14,109 nt of DNA from Paraspadella gotoi (taxonomy: Eukaryota > Animalia > Chaetognatha), in contig JBJCIZ010000012.1 of the NCBI GenBank assembly GCA_051294375.1, positions 1-14,109 of the forward strand, given 5' to 3'. Under the pieces are notes generated by a model that saw nothing but the letters and a program-made list of their open reading frames with translations, was not told the origin of the DNA and made no database searches. Every line of letters starts with the position of its first letter. Within the stretch, counting starts at the first letter, position 1. Both the position numbers and the translations under genes were made by a program. Shown here piece by piece: positions 8,261 through 14,109 of this stretch.

Positions 8261-8450
8261 AGGTCTATCACGAACTCGTCAAAGGGCGAGCCCGTATCTA
8301 ACTTGGATTCACTTTGCCGCTCTTTTTCGCGCACGCAGTGATCAAAAAATGTATTGTAGGCCGAGAGATAGGGCTTCCCCGCCAGTCTCGACCCAAAAAG
8401 TTATGGCCACCCAGTACCAGCTGTTCTCGCACGGCGGTGTGGGCAAAAAA

Positions 8451-8658
8451 TGTTCACCTTTTTAACGAGGTGGTCTCGTATAGCGCGTATTTAGTTTATT
8501 ATTATATCATTAGTTAATGTTAGTTTACTGATTGCCTATTGTTTTGAATGTTAATGGTCGCGGAGAATTATTAAAATATAGTTAGCGCGCTATCGAACTC
8601 TAGCTTTGCCTAGTTAGACCTATAAGACGAATAGAGCCAGATGTAGAACCACGTAACA
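8451..8658 (-). repeat. Candidate 5' LTR (208 bp)
   Basis: The minus strand begins TGTTACG and ends GTGAACA (TGTT...AACA termini, typical of BEL/Pao). AATAAA at 8500-8495 lies ~45 nt before the end, and a T-run follows the end. It is ~480 nt upstream of the gag ATG. No partner LTR or TSD is available for confirmation. Confidence 0.6.
8495..8500 (-). promoter_or_regulatory. Polyadenylation signal AATAAA within the candidate LTR
   Basis: Plus-strand tttatt at 8495-8500; the position fits the R/U5 region of an LTR. Confidence 0.45.
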
Positions 8659-9419
8659 TGTTGACAAGTTCAAACCTAGTAATAAACAAAGAATTAGCAT
8701 TTCTACTAAAAATATCATGGTTTTTCATATCTTACAATTGTCGGCTCTCCGTCCATGACCATAACTTAGATAAAGTCAAAGAAATACTAAAGAAATATTA
8801 AATATTAAGTACTAAATTTTCTTTGCTTCCAGCGTCGTCTTTGGCAGTCAAACTCTTCAAAAGCTCAAATCTAAGAGCCTCGTTTCTATTTGGAAAGCGA
8901 GTCTCTTAATTTAAGAGTTTGCCACGCCTTGTGTCGTGGCGGAGGCGTCATACCGTGGCGAATATATATAATAATCAATGAAAAAATAAATGTATCAACA
9001 AAATAGAAAACTTGTTTCGTTTTAGCTGCTAGCTAGTATTTTTTTCATTAGTTTTTTGACCTCGAACTCTTAAATTTAAATATTTAAAAATAAAAAAGGT
9101 GAGTTGAGAATCGACAGCAGGTGCTATTTTTCTATTTCGTTTCTCAGGTATCACCAGACTCTAAGAAAGAATCTGGTTCGGCTTTCAACAAATTTTCTTT
9201 TTTTCTTACTCAATATTTTTTTGTTTCTTTTTTTTTTTACACAAAATTTTCCATCTCTGATAGATATAACTACTTTTCTGGAGCGGCAAAACGAAAGATC
9301 CAGTGGCCACTTTTTAGCTTCAACGGTGAATTCTCTGGGGTTCGATTTTTTTTTAGAAATCCTTAAAAAAAGAGGCTCTACTGGGACCCTTTTTTGTTCA
9401 GCTCCTGACGTTTTCGATC

Positions 9420-10136
9420 GAAAGAGTTTAAAAGAGTGAAAGAAGTGAAGTGAAATGAAGTGAACATCAAAAGGTGAATATGGAAAGAAAATACTGAGCG
9501 GAAATTGATGAGTTAAAAGTGGATGAAGGGTTGAGTAAGCATAAGCGAAGTGGAAAATGAAGTATTGGCGATTGAAGCCTGAAGAAAACGCGCCGGAAAA
9601 GATGAAGAGAGTGATTGTGAGGGAATTGAGAAAGATTAGCGTGGAAAAAAAAGAGTGAAAACTATAGAAAGAAGATTGGAAAAGAATAGAAAAGTGAGAG
9701 AAAGATGAAATTAAGGTAAAAGAGAAAAAAAAATCGTAGTAGTGACAAAAAAAAAAATATAAAGATGATGAAAAGCGAGAAAAGAAAGGGCGAGAAAAAA
9801 AGGAGAGATGTGAAACAACAAGAGAGAAATAATTTTAATTATTTATTAACCCCTCGCGAAAAAATAAGGTTGAAAAAATGGAAATAGAAAAGATTAATAT
9901 GGAAAGAGCTCAGAAAGACGAAGAGAGCGAAGAAAGATGAAAAGAGAGTGAAAAAAAAATCGGGCGGGAGGGGCGACTGGAAAAGAGGGTTTTTTTTTCG
10001 ATGGCCGCCGTTGTCACTCGATCCAGTTTCGGTTTCGGTGAGAAGTCATAAACAATCGCTTCTTTCAAAAACGAGAAGAAATTTTTAAATAAAAAAGAAA
10101 AAAATCTCAAACCAAAAAAAATTTAAGGAAAAAAAA
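9420..10136 (+). other. Purine-rich (A/G) low-complexity tract
   Basis: Strong A/G bias on the plus strand with many A-runs; no long ORF. Confidence 0.6.
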
Positions 10137-10842
10137 CTCTTTTCTGGTTTTTTCCTCCTCTTTGTTTCCGACGCCCAAGATTCTGTTTATTTACAAAATC
10201 GTTGAAAAGTTTAAAACCAAAACATGCATGTTTCCATTAAAATCATGTTTTACCGGTAAAACAAATAATTTTTTTAGCCGGAATCCATACTACCGTAGAA
10301 TTTCCGTATTGATTTTTTAGTGTTGACTTTAAAAAGATGTTCCCAGCTAAACATAATTGAACTTCTGAATAGCATAAAGCAAAAGCGCACATTTATATTT
10401 TGATCAATGCCGATATAATTTTTTAAAATTTTAATTTCCACTGCAACATATAATAAGTCATAAAACAACTTATCTGTCATAAAATGCTATGAAATCTCAT
10501 GAAAATCCTCAACCCATCTTTCGCAAATCCAAAAGGAAAAAAAAAAGGAAAGAAAAGCATCCAAGGCGAAAGCAGGCGTGATTCGCGCGAAAAAAATTGA
10601 GAGCCGTGATTTCCTCTCCTTTTCTCCTTTCTGTCTTTCCTCAATACATAGTTGCCACTTCGTCTGCCGATTTTGATGACCTCACTTCAATCCATCGCTA
10701 CTTTAATTCTACACCCAAACGATTAGCCGGAACAAGGAACCTTTCCGATTCACGCCGGGACGGTTTAGCCGATGCAGTCAAAAAGTCAAGCAGCTTCGTG
10801 AGGTTTGACTCGTTTTCGTCTCCCACTGTTTTCGGCCGTTCA

Positions 10843-13820
10843 GTCGTCGTCGTTGTCGTCATCTTCATTCTGTCACGGTCGTTGTCCTTATCACATCGTC
10901 GTGTCCGTCGTTATTGTCATTCTGTCAGTCGGTTGTTGTGCTTATCACTCGTCGTCGTCGTCATCATCTTCATTCTGTGCGGTTGTTGTCTTATCACATC
11001 GTCGTCGTTGTTGTCATCTTCATTCTGTCGCGGTCGTTTCCTATCACATCATCATCGTCGTCATTATCGTCATTCTGTCACGGTTTTTTTTGTTGTCTTA
11101 TCACATCGTCGTCGTCGTTGTAATCTTCATTCTGTCCGGTCGTTGTCCTTATCACATCATCATCGTCGTCGATATCGTCATTCGACGCGGGTCGTTGTCC
11201 TTATCACATCGTCGTGTCGTCGTTATTGTCATTCTGTCACGGTTGTTGTCCTTATCACATCGTCGTCATTTCGCATCATCTTCATTCTGTGCGGTTGTTG
11301 TCTTATCACATCGTCGTCGTTGTTGTCATCTTCATTCTGTCATGGTCGTTGTCCTTATCACATCGTCGTGTCGTCGTTATTGTCATCTGTCACGGTTGTT
11401 GTCCTTATCACATCGTCGTTGTCGTCATCTCTTCATTCTGTTGCGGTTGTTGTCCTGTATCCATCGTCGTCGTCGTTGTCATCTTCATTCTGTACGGTCG
11501 TTTTCTTATCACATCATCATCATCGTCATTATCGTCATTCCTGTCACGGTTGTTGTCCTTATCAACATCGTCGTCGTCGTTGTCATCTTCATTCTGTCGC
11601 GGTCGTTGTCCTTATCACTCATCATCGTCGTTCATTTCGTCATTCTGTCGCGGTCGTTTTCTTATCACATCGTCGTGTCGTCGTCATCTCATTCTGTTCG
11701 CGGTCGTTGTCCTTATCACATCATCATCGTTGTCGTTATCGTCATTCTGTCACGTCGTTGTCCTTATCACATCGTCGTCGTCGTCATCTTCATTCTGTCA
11801 CGGTCGTTGTCTTATCACATCGTCGTGTCGTCGTTATTGTCATTCTGTCACGGTGGTGTGTCCTTATCACATCGTCGTCGTCGTCATCATCTTCTTCTGT
11901 TGCGGTTGTTGTCCTTATCACATCGTCGTCGTTGTTGTCATCTTCATTCTGTCGCGGTCATTGTCCTTATCACATCATCATCGTCGTCTATATTCGTCAT
12001 TCTGTCACGGTTGTTGTCCTTTTACATCGTCGTCGTCGTTGTCATCTTCATTCTGTCGCGGTCGTTGTCCTTATCCTCATCGATCGTCGTCGTTATCGTC
12101 ATTTCTGACGCGGTCGTGTCCTTATCACATCGTCGTCGGTCTTTGTCTCTTCATTCTGTCGCGGTCTGTTTTCCTTATCACATCGTCAGTGTTGTCGGTT
12201 ATCGTCATTCTGTCACGTCGTTTGGTCCTTATACATCGTCGTCAGTGTCGTCATCTTCTTCTGTCGCGGTTGTTGTCCTAATCACATCGTCGTCGTCGTT
12301 GTCATCTTCAATTCTGTCGCGGTCTTGTTGTCCTGTATCAACATCGTCGTCGTTTGTTGTCATCTTCATTCTGTCTTGCGGGTCGTTGTCTTTATCACAT
12401 TCGTTCGTCGTCGTTGTCTCTTCATTCTGTCGCGTCGTTGTCCTTATCACATCGTCGTCGTCGGTTGTCATCTTCATTCTTTCGGCGCGTCGTTCCTTAT
12501 CACATCATCATCGTCGTCGGTTATCGTCTATTCTTGACCGGGTCGTTGTCTTATCACATCTCTGTCGTCGTGTCATCTTATTCTGTCGGCGGTCGTTTTC
12601 CTTCACATCGTCGTTTTCGTCGTTATCGTCATTCTGTCACGTCGTTTTGTCCTTATCACATCGTCGTGTCGTCGTTATCGTCATTCTGTCACGGTCGTGC
12701 CTTATTCACATCGTTCGTCGTCGTGTCATCTTCATTCTGTTGCGGTTGTTTGTCCTTATCACATCGTCGTGTCGCGTTATCGTCATTCTGTCGCCGTGGT
12801 CGTTGTCCTTAATCACATCATCATCGTCGTCGTTTATCGTTTCATTCTGTCACGGGTCGGTTGTCCTTTTGTCACCTCGTCGTCGTCCCCCTCGTCATCT
12901 TCATGTCTGTCGCGATTGTTGTCTTATCACATCGTCGCCATCGTCGTTGTCATTCTTCATTTCTGTCGCGGTCGTTTTCCTTATCACATCATCGTCGTCG
13001 TTGTTCATTTCATTCTGTCGCGGTCGTTGGAATTGCATCTACCTCATTCGTCGCCGCTGTTCGTCGTGCTCGTCTGATCATCACAACTCGCTCGCTAGCA
13101 CGCAGCTCCTCGTCAGCATTCGGCAGCCGGTCGTTGTCCTTATACATCGTACAACCTTGTCTTGAAATTCTGCATTCTGTCGACGTCGTTGTCCTTGTCA
13201 ACATTCGGTCTCGTCGTCATTTCCATTCTGCGCTCGTTGTCCTTTCACTATTCATCATCGTCGTCTTTCGTCATTTCTGTCACGGTCGTTTTCCTTTCAC
13301 ATCGTCCGTCGTCGTTGTCATCTTCATTCTGTCCCGGTCATTTCCTTATCACATCTGTCGTCCCGTCGTCGTATCTTCATTGTTGTCGGCGGCGTTGTTG
13401 TTCCTTATCACATCGTCGTCGTCGTGTTTCTTCATTCTGTCGCGTCGTTGTCTTATCAAACGTCGTTCGTCGGTGTTATTCGTCATTTCTTGTCACGGTC
13501 GTTGTCCTTGTCACATCGTCGTCGTCGTCATCTTCATTCTGTCGCGGGTCGTTGTCTTATCACATTCATATTCGTTCGTCGTTTTCGTCATTTCTGTCAC
13601 GGTCGTTCCTTATCACATCTCTCTGTGTCGTTGTCATCTTCATTCTGTCGCGGTCGTTTCCTTATACATCGTCGTCGTGTCGTCATTTTCATTCTGTCGA
13701 CGGTTGTTTGTCCTTTTCACTCGTCGTCGTCGTTGGTTATTCTTGCATTCTTGTCGTGGTCGTTGCTGATCACATCGTCTCGTCGTCGATCTTATCGTCA
13801 TTCTGTCGCATGGTCCGTTA
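10843..13820. repeat. Tandem satellite/minisatellite, ~52-bp monomer, roughly 55-60 copies
   Basis: Consensus approximately TCATTCTGTCRCGGTYGTTGTCCTTATCACATCGTCGTCGTCGTTGTCATCT, repeated head to tail. It becomes more degenerate rightwards, with a scrambled patch at ~13030-13170. Confidence 0.95.
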
Positions 13821-13888
13821 CCCTAATGCACATCTTCGATGTCGGTCTCGTGTTTGCTTGTTTTTCGGCCATTCTGTCTTCTTGTCGG

Positions 13889-13963
13889 CTTCTTCGTCTT
13901 CTTCGTCTTCTCGTCTTCTTCGTCTTCTTCGTCTTCTTCGTCTTCTGTCTCTTCTTCGTCTTC
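13889..13963. repeat. (CTTCTTCGT)n 9-bp simple repeat, ~8 imperfect copies
   Basis: Directly visible in the sequence. Confidence 0.85.
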
Positions 13964-14109
13964 CACGTGCGTCTCGAGGATTGTTTCTTTCTGTCTTAGA
14001 TTTTTTTTTCCGGTCGGTTTTTACTGCGTCGGCCTTGTCTTTCGTCGCTTTCAACTTTTTGCCTTTCTAACTGTCATTCCCAACTTGTATTTGTTATCTC
14101 TGCTTTGGT

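Larger units (their letters stand above)
1..8658 (-). mobile_element. BEL/Pao-family LTR retrotransposon; 3' end not resolved and probably beyond the left edge of the window
   Basis: Gag with three C-terminal zinc knuckles is followed by PR-RT-RNaseH-IN, with BEL/Pao-type motifs (SLNDxLxxGP, YVDD, PRLEL, NPADxxSRG, WGGxWER, FWRRWxxEY). A candidate LTR lies upstream. No second LTR copy was found in the window, so both boundaries are unconfirmed. Confidence 0.93.

Noticed and set aside
8431-8447. Resemblance of TTTGCCCACACCGCCGT (minus strand) to the conserved SSU rRNA motif TTTGTACACACCGCCCGT
   Set aside because: Only a 9-nt exact core with no flanking rRNA similarity. It has the same sense as rRNA, so it cannot act as a primer site; likely chance.
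8199-10480. Short ORFs 8199..8465, 8314..8517, 9104..9439, 9121..9366, 9910..10110, 10274..10480
   Set aside because: Short, mostly non-ATG starts, Phe-rich or low-complexity translations of T-rich DNA, with no domain evidence.
10843-13820. CRISPR-like array
   Set aside because: Monomers are head to tail with no unique spacers, there are no cas genes, and the context is eukaryotic.
10597-14070. Long plus-strand ORFs (503, 786, 355, 302 aa etc.) rich in S/V/R/H/C
   Set aside because: The satellite's plus strand almost never contains TAA, TAG or TGA, so all three frames are open. The translations are the repeat read in shifting frames.

Overview
Eukaryotic, AT-rich genomic DNA. The left ~8.7 kb is an apparently intact BEL/Pao (Belpaoviridae-type) LTR retrotransposon on the minus strand. 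It has a candidate 208-bp 5' LTR (8451-8658, TGTT...AACA), a leader with a hairpin-repeat array, Gag (7972-5540, three zinc knuckles) and Pol (5539-1379; PR-RT-RNase H-IN). No 3' LTR is in the window. Gag and Pol are in the same frame, separated only by one TGA followed by C and a GC-rich stem-loop, which suggests programmed stop-codon readthrough. Downstream of pol, in the env position, lies a charged, non-env ORF3 of ~297 aa interrupted by a 1-nt frame break. Strong antisense splice signals bracket gag-pol. The right part is low-complexity host DNA and a ~3-kb, ~52-bp satellite with higher-order structure; its long plus-strand ORFs are artefacts.
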